DNA of 63,697 bases, filler included, from Octopus bimaculoides (lineage: Eukaryota): NCBI RefSeq assembly GCF_001194135.2. It is 5 parts of 5 records of this genome, joined end to end, with 100 filler letters (N's around TTAATTAATTAA, not from the genome) between each part and the next. Parts side by side here need not be neighbours in the genome. Positions count along the whole stretch, not along the records: positions 55,769 to 63,697 come from NC_068983.1; 4 more parts are not named here. One strand, written 5' to 3'. Below, one piece after another: positions 62,342-63,697 of the stretch. Under the pieces are notes generated by a model. It was not told the origin of the DNA and did not search any database. It worked only from the letters and a program-made list of their open reading frames with translations. The position numbers and the translations under genes were made by a program. Numbering within the stretch: the stretch's first letter is position 1; the number at the start of each line of letters is the position of its first letter.

Positions 62342-63697
62342 AAAACCCCAAAAGCAAGTACACACACAATGCTCACTGCCATCAAGACAAAAAAACTCAG
62401 ATTTGATGGAATACATCAACACAAAAACAAACATAACAAACGAAGACATAAAAACCAGCAACCACCCGTACACAACACCGCCAGAACACATCAAAATACT
62501 ACACATAACACCAATCCTGCACCATACACTAAAATCTATTTTTCCCAAGGCAGTTGGCAAATGCCAAAAATACCTGGCGAAAAAACTATACAGTGATCTC
62601 CTCGAAGAAAACCCGAAGGAGGAGACACAAAAACTCTCAAACAGTAAGTGACTCTCTTTAAAAGTTTAACACTCAAATCAAAATTATGCTCAAGATTGGT
62701 TGTGTAAATCCACGTGGCTAGGTGTCCCCTTGGAAACAAGGGTACCTCCTAAACGACATAAAGTCACACAAACTACAAATCATAGCCATAAGCGAGACCA
62801 GACTCCATGATCCGCGGGCCCTAACGTCCATGTTTGGCAGACAGTTTAACATTTATTTTTCTCCCTGTCTGCCGAGAATGGGCGGTAGTGGCACGGCGGT
62901 ACTCTTTCGCAAGAGTCTGGATCTCGAAGTAAAGACAGTATTCATAGACCCGGAGGGTAGATTGGTTGTTCTGGATGTCGATGGCAGCGATGGGTGTGCT
63001 TTTCGACTCATATCAGTATACGCACCACCTTTAACATGTAGGCTGGATTTCTTTCGACGTCTAGGACTATTCCTAGGAACGTCTCGTCCTTTACTTTTAG
63101 GGGGATTGGAATGCTACCTTGGACACGCATCTAGACTATGTGGGCAGAGATAGGAATAGACGGGAATGCAAATGCCTCAGAGACCTGCTCAGACGCGTTC
63201 AACTGTCTGACAGGTACCGACTCGACTACCCGAATGCGCCAATGTGGACATCGACAAACCGCATCGGGTCGTCGAGATCGTATCTAGATAGAGTACTGTG
63301 TAGGAGAGTAGATATAGATTGCATAGGGTGTCCACAATTCCACATAGTCAGCTACACGGATCACAAACTTGTGACGTGTACGTTAGACTTAGATAAGACA
63401 CATAGGCAGGGCCCCGGTTACTGGAAACTAAACGCGTCTTTCCCCTCGAGACAGGTTTTCAGAGACCGGATTAGCACGTTAGTAAAGAAGACTTTGACGG
63501 GAGCCATCATCAATTACAAATGGTGGTTTGCCCTCAAGAGAGCAATAAAAGCAGAAGCGGTTAGATGTAGCAAAGCACTAGCCATAGACAGAAACAGAGT
63601 AGAGGGTGAGCTAGTTAAGAAGCTAGAAGAGGCAATTAGAAGTGCTATCGCATCCGACGTTTTGGCGGCGAGGTTGGCCATAGACCAACACTTCAAC
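62342..63697 (+). mobile_element. Tx1/L1-type LINE fragment: possible ORF1 tail + ORF2 AP endonuclease, runs off the window
   Basis: KIGCVNPRG, IIAISETR, GGSGTAVLF, EGRLVVLDV, LISVYAP, RSYLDRVL, SYTDHKLV, GPGYWKLN; frameshift near 63105. Confidence 0.9.

Overview
Repeat-dense eukaryotic DNA, most likely a coleoid cephalopod such as Octopus. This is inferred from the AT-richness, the microsatellite density and the SINE/LINE families. It is not prokaryotic: there are no operons, rRNA genes or CRISPR arrays. Four artificial 100-bp spacers (44 N + TTAATTAATTAA + 44 N) split the window into five joined pieces, so adjacency across them is unproven. Recognisable content is mostly decayed transposable elements: two mariner derivatives, two Helitron RepHel remnants, a near full-length R4/Dong-type LINE and a chimeric R4 fragment, three Penelope-like (GIY-YIG) fragments, an RTE 3' fragment, a Tx1/L1-type endonuclease fragment and many SINEs. 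A phase-consistent chain of small minus-strand exons at 42.4-45.0 kb may belong to an unidentified host gene. The most interesting signal is a set of hammerhead ribozyme motifs. One apparently intact motif (25758-25801, minus strand, U3-A8 core variant) lies at the 3' end of an element that encodes only a Gag/ORF1-like protein and has inverted and direct terminal repeats. A related short tandem unit (repeat - hammerhead-like motif - repeat) at 47.9-48.4 kb looks like a retrozyme of the same family.
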